Shown here: positions 53,431 to 64,000 of the stretch, one piece after another
Layout of the letters: each line of letters starts with the position of its first letter
Position numbering within the stretch: the first letter of the stretch is position 1
Source: Raillietiella orientalis
Lineage: Eukaryota
Length of the DNA stretch: 64,000 nt
Assembly: GCA_036172245.1 (NCBI GenBank)
Contig: JAYWIR010000061.1
Location: forward strand, 372,001 to 436,000
Direction: 5' to 3'
Translations under genes and position numbers: made by a program
Notes under the pieces: model-generated
Seen by the model: only the letters and a program-made list of their open reading frames with translations
Told to the model about the DNA's origin: nothing
The model's database searches: none

Positions 53431-54068
53431 CTATGAGCAGGAAGAAGATGAGGAGGCCGAGCTCCCTCATGGAAGCCTTCAGGGTGCGACCGAGGATCTG
53501 CAGTCCTTTCGAATGCCTTGAAAGCTTGAAGATTCGGAACACCCTCACTAGTCGTATCACCCGGAGTATGGCCAGGCTCATGGCTTGGTTGGTTGCCTGG
53601 GAACTGGAGGGCACTCGCGTGTCCGTGGCCCCGTCGTTCTTTTCCGTTACTACGGTGGCCAGAGTGATGAAGTACGGAATGATGGCGATGATGTCGATGA
53701 TATTCATGATGTTCTTGAAGAACGCGAGCTTGTTCGGACAGGCCACTAGACGGACCGCCAACTCGAGCGTGAACCAAATTATGCAGATTGTCTCTACCAG
53801 GAAGAAGGGGTCGGTGATTTCGGGGACTTCGTCTTCTTCGACCTGGGTCAGGTTGTGCGTGGTGTTGTATAACTTGTAGTGTTTGAACTCGGGAAGGGTT
53901 TCCAAGCAGAAAATCACAATGGAAACCAGGATGACGACAATGGAGATGATGGCCACGAACCGAGCGCTAAGAGAGCTCTCGGGGTGCTCGAAGAGGAGCC
54001 AGATCTTCTTCTGCAGCTTCATTCGAGGCAGAGGAACCTCTTTCTCCTTGATGAACCCTTCGTCTTCC
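53431..54068 (-). CDS. Sh: Shaker Kv1 exon: T1-S1 linker, S1-S4 voltage sensor and start of S5
   Basis: tttttttcag|G GAA GAC... encodes [32 protein letters not shown]...[48 protein letters not shown], then G|gtgagt. 638 bp, phases 2/1. Both S1-S2 N-glycosylation sequons (NTT, NLT) are present. Confidence 0.98.
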
Positions 54069-54349
54069 CTGAAAAAAACAAAGGCACGTCACCTCCGAGG
54101 CGACGCAGGGAGGGCTATCGTCTCTGCCCGCGCGAGTGCTCCTCGGTGCCTCGGGAGCCCAAGGATGGCTGGAGGGGAGTCCTCGAAGGAGAGCCATGGA
54201 CCTCGAGTGCGACTTTCGAGTTCCATTTAGAAAAATGCCCCTTGGCGGCAGAGGGCGTGCAGCACCACCCCACCCTGCTGCCAAGTCTCGCGAGCCCATT
54301 TTCGTAGGCAGTGCAGCTTCAAGGCGGTTCCTCCGCGGCCTGCCCATCT

Positions 54350-57300
54350 GTTCCTAGCGGAAACAGACGAGCCCAACGTGCTTCTTGAGAAAACACCCGT
54401 TAGTTCTCGCTGGGTGAAGCAGAACAGCGCCGAAATCCCGGACATGTCTCCTGCCTTCCCTCCTCAGCGCTCCAGAACGGCGCCTCCGGAAGTCGCATTC
54501 GGAACAGGAGGTGCCCTCGATGCAGTTTCGAACGACACCAAGAAGATTGGAGTAAAGACCTAGATGGGTCGAGTAGGCCTTTTCCTGTGAGAACGAATCC
54601 CTCTGGACAGAACTGGAGCTCTGTTCCTGGTGCAGAAGCGAACGGGAAACGATAGTGGGAGAGAACATGCTTGTGGACAGCTTGACTCGGAGCGTGACTT
54701 CAGGTGAAGCTGCTACCAGGGTTCGCGAGGACACAAGTGGGGAAAAGGGAAAGGATGACCTGTGACCATACAGGAAGAACTGCCAGCAAGCAAGCGGGCA
54801 GGAACTGCAAGGAGTCTAATTGCTCTTCTGTTGGGGCGCATCGGCGATGACCTTACTCGAAATGCAGTCAGCGTTCGAGGTCTCAGAGTAGCCTTGAGGT
54901 ACTGATGGGACCCTCGATGTAGGGAGGCACGCGTGGCTTGAGTCTTTCTCTCCGCGCATTTCACAGATCGACCAGCCATCGACACTCTTTCCTGCAAGAG
55001 ACACCTCCAGCACCACGCTCTGGACAAAAACTCAGAGTCGTTGTCATAGAGAAGCTTCAGAGGTGAGCTCGAGAACCGTCAGTGAGGGAAGAGTGAAACA
55101 TACTCTCCCGTACGTAAAGAAACCGATCAGAGCAGGATGGTCTTGCCTCAGGGAGAACGCTACAGATCCGATCTTCAAGGACAGAAGGAGGAGGCCTTTG
55201 TCTCTGAAGGCTGTGATGAAGAAGGAGACCCCGTGGTGAATGACTTGGGACTCCGTGGTAAAGGAGGAGGTGACGGCAGAAGGAACAGAGTGCAAAGGTT
55301 AGAGTCTTTGATCCAGTCCACTGTCCGGACCACCATGGCTACGGGCACCGGGTTGCTATCATGATCCGGAGCTTTGAGGGGGACAGAAATAGTCGCCCGA
55401 TGGAGTATGTGGGAGCGGAACCTGGAGCTGCTGACCTCGATAAACAGAACGAGGCCCTCCTCGGACATAAAGGAGGCATCGAGGATCGCACCTCGGAGGA
55501 AGTTGCAGGTGGTCTTCTCTCCTTCTCAGAGGTCACTGAGAGCTGTGGTGAAGCCTCGTAATGAAGCCCTCCTGACGACGGGCTTCATTCCAAGGGAAAA
55601 GGAGTTCCCAACCATCGGAACGAGTCCAACGGAGGAAACCAAAAAGGTAACGGGAGGAGGAAGGAGACAGGCTTGTGTTCTGACATGGGAGGGAACGAGG
55701 CAAAGGAGGACGCATCCTCAAGGAAGGGTCAAGTCAACTTGATGTGCGCGCGCTTTCGCGACGCTGGGAGGCAAGAGAGCCGATCAGGGGTTCCTGCTCG
55801 CCCCTTCACTGTTTCAAGACCGTGACGAGGATGCGACAGTTCCCAGACGCATCCCTGACGGATGCTCCAGAAAAAGGAGTGAAGTTTCGGAAGGTCGAAG
55901 GAAGCACGACCAGTTCGCGCGGGGCAGTCAGCGAAGGCTTGGAACAGTGGCGAGGGTCCGACATCTTCGAGCATTGGATGTGACCTGGATCCATCGCCAT
56001 GGGCCGTGGGAAAGAAGGCGGTTCACGGCAGGAAAGGCGCACCAGTTTTGGTGGCAAAGCCATGACTCTTGGTTAGGCGACGGGCGTGGGTGCAGAGGCG
56101 GGATTCCCGAGTGGTCCTTACTCGACGTCACTGGGATGCTCTTCGGGAATACCGGCCAACCCAACCGGTCGGCCAGACGCTCTTCCTGACGGGCACCTTG
56201 GTCATCCGACTTCCGACCGGCTGCTTCCTCTCATCCGTTCTGTTGCGGGGAGGGGAGCGGAACTTTGAAGGAGTCGAGATGGAGTAGGCGGAAGCGCCGC
56301 ATTGGCTCGATTTTCCAGGGATTAAGGACAGACCCGTCGCTCAGATCCGCCGGCTGGAGCAGGCGGATGAGGCCCGAGAACGCGGTCTCCGAAATGCACC
56401 GGTAAGGGGAATCTGAAGTACCCCAAGGGCTGATCAAAGGAGGTGATCTCACGGCGCATCTGGAGAACACGATGAAGAACCGAGGACCCACAGAGTAACG
56501 CTCGAGAGATCACGGAGATCCACTAGCTACGGGGTTCCGAAGCGCGCGCTACACCTCAGAGGCGTTCTTCACCAACCGCAAGTTCTTCCAGGAAGAACTC
56601 ATGGATGGTGAAGGAGACGTTTCGGAAGGAGACGGCGGGCCAGTTCGCGCTGCACGCAATCGGTGGTGCTGCTCCCGAATGTAGTTCCTCCTCAGCATCA
56701 GGATGTCTTCCGGAGGCTGGTTTCTACTATAGCGGTTCCCGCAGGTCCGTCCGAGAAATCGAGAGCACCGTGCGAGGGAAGGGAAGGGAGGACTTGTACG
56801 CTCGTCATCATGTCCCTTCCTTTTTCAGAGAGGATCTCAAAAGAGAAGTCAACCGTCCGGGCAACCCCTGAACTCGGAACTGAGCAGAGGTCGCTGGAAT
56901 TCTGATGGAGCCCGTGGTCTACTCCTTTAATGACTTCATAGGGGGAGGAGTAGAGGGTGCAGACAGAAGCTGCGGATGAGGAGGAGCGTCTGGAAGGTCT
57001 TTGTGATGGAGCGAGCGATACGCAGACCCCACTTTCTATTGCAGTCAGCTTGTCTCTCCCTTCTCTGGCGGACCACAGAGGACAGACTCGTTCCGCCGGA
57101 TCCACTCATCCCGGCAGCCCAGCTTGGCCGCGCGACCTCTGTAGTGGAAGGACGAAAGGACCGCGTCAGCTCCAGAAATCAACTGAAGCGGAGCTGGCGA
57201 GTGACCCCTCCACACATTCCACTTGGCCAGAGGAGCCTATAATTTGGTCAAATAACCCAACCTAACCTCTAACTTGACCATGTCATCTCCGATTTTATAG

Positions 57301-57700
57301 GGCGTTCGTGCGCTTCGGAGAGCCTCGACTTCGCCTGCATTCCGAGGGGATGCCCGCTGACTCCGCGGGAGACGACCTCGCATCTCGACCTCCAGCCCCA
57401 TCCCTCCTGCGGAACTGGCAGCATGCGCCGAGTCGCATCCTCTTGTGTTTTCTGCCCTTCGAAGATGCCTTGAAACACCTTCAGCCAACGGGGAGCACGA
57501 GAGCAGTGAGTGTGAGCGTCGGCCCCGAGGTGGTGCACCCTTCCTTAGTGGAACAAGGATCCGTGCTGCCCGCGATCCGTTCTGCCTCCCCTTCTCCTCT
57601 TCCTGGAACTGAAAGCAGCGCCTCCTCTGCAGAAGAGCGCACAGCCTCGGGGAGAGTCCTATTCGGAACGGGCAATGACTGACTCGAGCCACACTGGCAA
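54350..57700 (+). pseudogene. Decayed HEPN-like plus ankyrin-repeat ORF nested antisense in a Shaker intron (boundaries approximate)
   Basis: In order: VLLEKTPVSSRWVKQNSAEIPDMS...DAVSNDTKKIG (54378-54553), GIPEWSLLDVTGML (~56100-56141), then ankyrin-like RKETAGQFALHA (~56622-56658), WSTPLMTS (~56915-56938), DTQTPLSIAVS (~57017-57049) and VTPPHI (~57201-57218). Confidence 0.45.
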
Positions 57701-59377
57701 TGCAACCGGATGTTCGATCTTCCGGGTTCCGGGAGCTGAGCTTCCCGGTTCCTCGAGGCGTCCGGCAGAGAGTGATTCGTCTCCCCCCCTTTTCTCTTCC
57801 ACGTGCTACTCGGAGGCTAAGAGCAACCTGGGATTTCTCTACGCTCCCACTCTGCCTTCTTTCTCTCCCGGGAGAAACTCATGGTGGATCCTCCCTTCTT
57901 TAAGGAGTTTCTCAGTGGCACCCCTTCGTCATCAAGGGGGCTGAAACCGCCCCCGTCTCCTTCCTCAGCGAAGATCAAGTCCAGGAAGAAGGAGGAAGGA
58001 AAATTCTCGACGCATCCCTCCTCTCCCTCCCCTTTTGGTCTTGACGGTCGAAGGAGGGACGGGTGAGGGTCTTCCTAGAGTGACCGATCGTGCAACCCCA
58101 CGAGGAGGGACGAAGAGGAGAACTTCCTGCGAGACGGTTCTTGTGCCAGCACGGGAAGCGTCCTTCACAAGGGTTCCTCTCATTTCGGGAGCGCGCCATC
58201 CGAGAACACCTCCGGTTCTTTTCGGTGGTTTCGTGATCTTAAATTGCGACTCCAGCCCCCAAGCGCGAAGCACGATCGGTTATCGCGGCGCCATCAGAAA
58301 AGCGGAGCGCCGCGATAACCGGAAGGAAGGGGAAGGTGCTGAGTCTCGCCTTCCCTTGGGTAGGAGGTCATCTGGTAGAGAGCCGAACTCTGGGGTCCAT
58401 GGACCGCATCCTCCCCCTCCCGAACGGTCCGCGAGCCGGTGACGGCGAGACTGAAGGCTCGCGTGGAAGGTCCTCCCCGAGGCTAGCGGAAGCGCAGTAG
58501 GGGAAGGAGGAGAAGTCATGAATTTCACACAAGAGGTGGGGGAGTTGGGCAGGGGAGACACGCCACAAGTCAGTGTTCCGACGTCCCAGAGGTAGCCGAG
58601 ATGGTGAGAGAAGGGAGGAAGAGGGTAGCGGGAAGCCGGGAGAGAGAGAGGGAGAGAGGCGCAAGGGGGGAAAGGGAGGATAGCCCCGTTAAGCGGTCAC
58701 GCGGGAACAGTAGCCTGTCGAACGACCCCCCTTTTCGGGGAGAGGGGGGGAAACGGTCCGCTCAAAGGGCAGCGGCGGAGCCGACCGCCTCAGCTGGGAT
58801 GGCGTGGCCGTCAGTCCGGTGTGGTTCATGGTATCCCCGTCTTCTCTCTGGTCGCGGTCGGTTCCGGATCAGCACCGGCTCGGAGGGCGTCTCGCCGCCG
58901 AGCAAGGCTTAGGAGGCATATTGTCGGCCAGATTGGGTGGGGAGGTGTTCCTTCCTCAATTTCTCCAGGGGAGCTGATTTCTTCCCCCATATCTTTCTTC
59001 CCTCTTCTTCCTGCCTGCCGGCTGCTGCTGCCGTTTTCCCTCTTCCCTTCGAAGAGTGGGAGAAATTCCTCGTTCCTTCCTCCCCTCCTCCCCTTATTGT
59101 CTCCCCCTCTTTGCATGCGAAACTGCCGCCGCAGGGCGGACTCTCTCCTCGGGGGATCGCTCAGGACCCTCGACAGGTGCTCCCTCTTTCCGAGTGGGGG
59201 ATGGGGGGGCAAAGGGTGTTCCAGGAGATCTCTCTCGCTCCGCGCGACCTGCCGACGGAGGGCAGAGATCCCCGCGTCTCTCTCCTTGGGTCCCGGGTCC
59301 GCGCTTTGGCGCCGACGGCGGTTTCGGGCCGTCGCGGAAGGGGGGGAGGGAGACGGCCGGCGCCGTGGTCGCCGTAC

Positions 59378-59643
59378 CTGAACTTGTTGGTAGCGGCCTC
59401 TCCGAGCTCGTAGAACTTGATCTCCTCGAAGAAGACGTCCAGAGGCACGTTGACGGGCCTGCGCAGCCTCCCGCCGCTCTGGTAGTAGTAGAGGATCGCA
59501 TCGAAGCTTGGACGGTTCCGGTCAAAGAAGTACTCCTTGCGCACAGGGTCGAAATAGCGGAACCTGCGGAAGGGGTCGCCGAGCAGGGTGTCGGGAAACT
59601 GGTTCAGAGTCCTCAGCTGGGTCTCGAATTTCAGCCCACTCAC
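59378..59643 (-). CDS. Sh: Shaker Kv1 exon: T1 tetramerisation domain (most 5' exon found; internal exon, no start codon)
   Basis: ctctttccag|GTG AGT GGG... encodes [24 protein letters not shown]...[50 protein letters not shown], then AG|gtacgg. 266 bp, phases 0/2. Confidence 0.98.
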
Positions 59644-60929
59644 CTGGAAAGAGAGGCTCTCGTCAGGAGCGGGTCAGGGCGGAAGAGGGGCAGGCAAGGG
59701 GAGGAGGAAGCCGGGCCGTGTCGCTCTCGCCGCCTTGATAGGATGGTCGGCTGTGCACCACGATCCCCTGTGCCACACTAGCCCCTGACCCATCTCGCCG
59801 AACTCGGGACGACTCCTTCCCCGCAGGGACTCCCTCTTCGGGGTCGAAAGGGAGGAGCGTGCGGCGCCCTCAGTTCCGCCAAAAAGGTAATCTGAAGGGG
59901 AAGAGGGCCGGTCCCTTTCCCCGACTTGCGCGGGTTCCGGCCGCCTCTTCCTCCCAGCTCCTGCCGGTGATCGTGAACCCCGGACGGCGGGTTGGGAAGA
60001 ACATGGATTAGGGGTAATCGGCAAGCGATTCGGAAGGATGATTGACCAGCTGATCCTTCCTCCTTCCTCTCTCCCGCCGTAAATCATCTCTCTTTCCCTC
60101 CTGAACTCATTCGCTTTTTCTGACCGCCCAGGAAGGAGGAAAGGCCCACCGGAGACTGCCTGTACCTTCTGCGGAGGTGCAGGGAGAGGGTACTCCGGAA
60201 TCGCTCCAGGAAGGATTGTCCCGGAAAGCAAAATGCGGCCCAGGATCTTTGGCTGCTTACTCCAGGTGCTAAGCTCCCGTGTCATGGGTCGCTCGGCAGC
60301 GCCCCGTGGTGGGAGGGGAACCATTGCTCTCTCTTCCGAGCTCATGGACCTCCGCATCTGTCCCTTCCAGGCTCAGCAGCTGCCTTCCCTGCGGGAGAGG
60401 CAGGGAAGCTGCCGGCGCCGTGACCTCTCCCCCAAAACCAAACCTCTTGAGAGTCGGAAGAGGTGACCTGCCTGCACCTCAGATCCTTCAGAGCCTGCAC
60501 GTTTCCGGTCCGTCGTCTGAAGTTCCCTGTGCGCTCCGCGGGAGCCCTCCCTATCCGGCGTGTGCCTATTTGCAGGAGGGTCCCGTACCCGGGGGGCAGC
60601 CGGAGAGGAGAAATGAGGGGCTCCTCCAATCGGGATACGCATCCTTCCTGATGAACCATCTATGCTTCCGGCGCGACTTCCCTTCCGTTCCCCCCACCCC
60701 AAGTGGTTCCGTTCCATTTCCCTCCAGGGGAAAGGGTGCAATCATTTCCTCCGAGGACCGCACGCACTCGGGTCGTCTCTCGGAAAGTCTCCTTTCTCTT
60801 CGTAGATCCGCGGTAAGGATCAAACACGCGGAACGGTTCCAGACGCAGAGTAGCCTCCTCCAGACCCCCTTCCCCAAATCGTCGTAGCTCTCTGAGATGG
60901 AAACTCCGTGCTTTCGCATTGTTCCTAGT

Positions 60930-61330
60930 TCTTAAATGAGGATGGGAGGTCACTGGTCCATTCCTAGACCTTAATGCATTTTTTTTCAACCAAGCACGTT
61001 ATGTGACCAGCGTTGGCAACGATTACCTTAGGGAAGGCGGGACCCGTCCATGATAGCAGCGAGGAGCCAGAGGTTTTAGAGAAGAAAAGTTCAAGACTAC
61101 GACGCGCTGGACTCCTCGATGCCACACCACAAAAAGCCACGAACTCCTCCTAAATTGCAAAGATCCCCTCATCAACGGGATCCGTGATGCGCCACAGGAC
61201 GAGTGCTAGTGGCCAAGGTAATCTCTAATGACTTTGGTAATCTCCAAAGTAACGTTGCTGAGGGCAATTCTGGACCTCGACAAGGCAGCTCCTTCATCCA
61301 GCACTCATTCTGGCCATTCAGAAAGGATGT
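60930..61330 (+). mobile_element. Decayed LINE reverse-transcriptase fragment
   Basis: EVTGPFLDLNAFF (FLD.SKAFD-like, ~60945-60985) and TPQKAT (PQGS position, ~61124-61141). AT-richer than its surroundings. Confidence 0.3.
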
Positions 61331-61874
61331 TCCTGAACCTTCTGTGTAAGTCGAGGAATGACGTTGGTCACCTTTTGGCCTTAACAATGGTAGAACCGTA
61401 GCCACGCGCCCTCCTCGGCGGCCGTGTAGCCACGGTCTCCGAGGGGCCGTGCAGGACTCATTCAGGAGTAAGGCATGAGGAAAAATGGTCGACAGGCCAC
61501 CGGGAGAGAGGTCATGGAAAAACAACCTGTTGCCCGGTGTCGCTGCCACCGCCTCGAGAGGCGGCGAAACGAGACGTCCGCCGCTGACATGTCGCCACGC
61601 TCGCCCTTCGAGGCCTGAGGGGGGAGGGGGAGAGAGTCGGTTTTGCCCGCCTCTGGACCCACTCGGGAAGACCAGAAGGGCGTTATCTTTTTGCGAAAGC
61701 TCGTCGACTCAGCTGCCCGGCGGTGCTCTCACGACTTCGGAGAGGAGCAACTCTCAAACGAAAGGGACGCGTGGAAGGTAGGGTGAGGGGTGGGATGTTG
61801 GAAGCGGGGAGACGAGGATGGACTCGTGAAGGAGCAAGGCATGATAGGAAACGGTCCACGAAAGCCTCCCTTTC

Positions 61875-63400
61875 CCGTTGGCAGCTGCGTGGCTGCGGCC
61901 TCCTCCCGTGGTACACCAACCAGTGTGGTAAACCAGCGTTGCGGGTTCGAATCCCGCCCGGGGAAGGGTCGGCGCCGAGAAATGAGGGCGTCATGGGGTT
62001 TCGAGTCCCCCACCGCAGGATGACGCTGGTTGGCTTCTATTCGGGTACAGCCCTGGTGGTATCCGGAAACCCCCGGATGCCCCCTTTGACTGGTGGGGAC
62101 TAGAAATGGATCGTCCGGGATTCTTCCAGGAGTCAAGGGGTCCTTCGGGGTCCCCCTCCGGGTGCGAAAAGGGAGCCGCACCATGCAGCTGGTTGATATC
62201 CCTCTCAAGGGGTCGCCTCTCTAGAATGCAAGGAGCGCGCTGCTCCCTTCGGGGAGCGCCATCCACAGAAATTGGGAAGCGTTCCTTCGAGGTGCTCTTT
62301 AGGGGCAGGAACAAGAAGCAATTCCCTCGCGGGTTTCCTCCGGAGAGGAAACGATGAGTGGGGGGTCCTTCTGGAGAGAATGATTAAGAAGAGGTTTCCC
62401 TTCGAGGTTCTCTTCGGAGGCAACCAGGGAGTGGTTTCTCTTTGGGGCTCCCTCCCAAGAGCAAGAGGAAAAGGACTTCCTTCTCTTCCTGGATCCTCAG
62501 GATGGTCTCTACACAGTCGCCCCTTGAATTGAAGAGTTGACACGCGCCCTCGAGTGACGTAGGCGGTGCTTCGAGTGCTTCGTAAGCAACTCCTGAGGAG
62601 GCAGACGGTGGCCAGCTATCCTTGATCCAACACTCAGAGAATCGAAAAAAAAAAAAAAAAACTGGAAGGAAAGCAGCACAAATAGAAGAGCCCGAAAGGA
62701 CTTCCGTCGTTGTAGGTTGATAGTTCCGATCTCCCAATGAGGTCGCTACTGGCCTTCAAAAAAGGGAAAAAGATGACAGGAATGCCGGATTCCTCCTGGT
62801 GTGCTTTCCTTCTCTCAGCGAGTTCGACGGCAGTTTCTCTCTGGCTCGAAAACCTGAACCAATCCTTGTTCTCCTTGACGCGCAGCAGCAGCGCTGTATG
62901 GGTTGCTCAAGCCTAACATGTAGAAACTTCTTAGGAGACAGGGCTGCTTGTCCTCCAGTCCAGTTCGACCACAGTTTTTGGCACTTTCGACATGCCACGT
63001 GTGACGACCAGCACGTACCAATCACTGGATAACCCGTGAAATCCGAATTTGAGAGTGCGTACCACTGTGACTGATCTTATTAGCCACTCTTCGTGCTTGT
63101 TTGGTAAATGACCCTTGCAGAAAGAAGTGGGGCACGGCATGCTCTTATTGAAAACGATGGCTGAGGAAGCAGCTGAGAACGTGGAAAGCTCGTTTGAGGA
63201 AACCATAGGAGCGCACCCTTCATGCAAAGCCCAAACTTCCATTAGCATGTAATAATTGAGCATCGTACACATTGTACACGTTGACTGGGGGCATTCTGGT
63301 GCCGCTAGAGGGACCTTTTCTTATTTTTCTATGGTTCTTCCTCGAGCAGGAATCCAATTTCGAACTTCGTGCTGCTGTTTTGTGCCTCTGCCTGCCTCCG
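61875..63400 (+). mobile_element. LINE 5' portion (I/Nimb-like): structured leader with tRNA-like T-arm plus decayed ORF1 (copy B)
   Basis: Homologous to 44487-44900, including identical agcgttgcgggttcgaatcccgccc. Several C(TTCG)G hairpins. Downstream ORF1-like remnants RNAGFLLVCF (~62778-62807) and GHSGAARG (~63290-63312). The 3' boundary is uncertain. Confidence 0.55.
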
Positions 63401-64000
63401 TATCAATGGAAGCAGGAAGCAGACCTTCGCCTCAACGCTCGGATGAAAGGTCCCACCCTCCACCCCACCCAAAGCGGTCGCGCGTTTCAAGGGGAACTCC
63501 TCCGGAACGTCTCCAGAAAGTTCTTCCTCGAGAAGATCCAAAAGAACTGCACGATTTGGCACTGCGAGCTCGGGAAAGCAAAGTTCAACCTAATAGATGG
63601 ACCGCTGGCATTCAAGAGACGCGGCCCATCGTCTTGAGAGATGTGACTTGTCATTCTTCCTTTTTTTTTTTTTGTCAAAGGAAAAGGTTTATGGTGATCT
63701 TACAGGAAGCTAGCTACTACTAACCTAAGGATGAAGGAATCCTGACTCACTTTTGTTGCCTCCAGCCTTCTTCCGGATTTTTCTTTATTTTCTCCTTTTT
63801 TTAGGGGGGTTCTCTGAGCCCTCAAGAACTGCTTCACCACATAGCAGCATCGAAGCGGCTTCACAATACCGCCCGATGGGCTCTTCTACAGAAACGCACC
63901 CAAGGTCCACGCGTAGAGGGGAAGGAAGGGGAGGCCCTTAAGGAGACTGCGGCTTTCCGTTTCCTGGACAACCCCTGTGAGGTTCACTCTCGATTCCCAG

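Noticed and set aside
33000..64000. Hundreds of overlapping 60-360 aa ORFs in the ORF track
   Set aside because: Expected by chance at ~60% GC. They are low-complexity R/G/P/S-rich with no domain signal, apart from those overlapping Shaker exons or TE relics.
32000..64000. GC-rich half as bacterial contamination or a prokaryotic system (operon, CRISPR array)
   Set aside because: It contains a spliceosomal-intron animal gene and eukaryotic retroelements; there are no regularly spaced repeats and no dense gene packing.

Overview
Eukaryotic genomic DNA, most likely an arthropod and plausibly an arachnid (inference from the Shaker sequence and repeat content). There are two compositional domains: AT-rich from 1 to about 27 kb (about 30% GC in spot-counted lines) and GC/CpG-rich from about 33 to 64 kb (about 60%). 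The only clearly intact gene is a minus-strand Shaker (Kv1) voltage-gated K+ channel. Five coding exons with GT-AG boundaries and matching phases join into a 458-aa partial ORF (T1, S1-S6, TVGYGD filter, C-terminal ETVV motif); its N-terminal exon(s) were not found in the window. The rest is decayed mobile DNA: a mariner derivative with ~185-bp inverted repeats, an L1/Tx1-like 3' fragment, several LINE remnants (two with a shared tRNA-like T-arm head and structured leader), and possible Penelope fragments. There are also several eroded copies of a large, apparently intronless ORF family with HEPN/DUF86-like motifs, one followed by ankyrin-like repeats and nested antisense in a Shaker intron. 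Most ORF-track entries in the GC-rich half look spurious. Repeat and pseudogene calls rest on manual translation and remembered motifs, not database searches.
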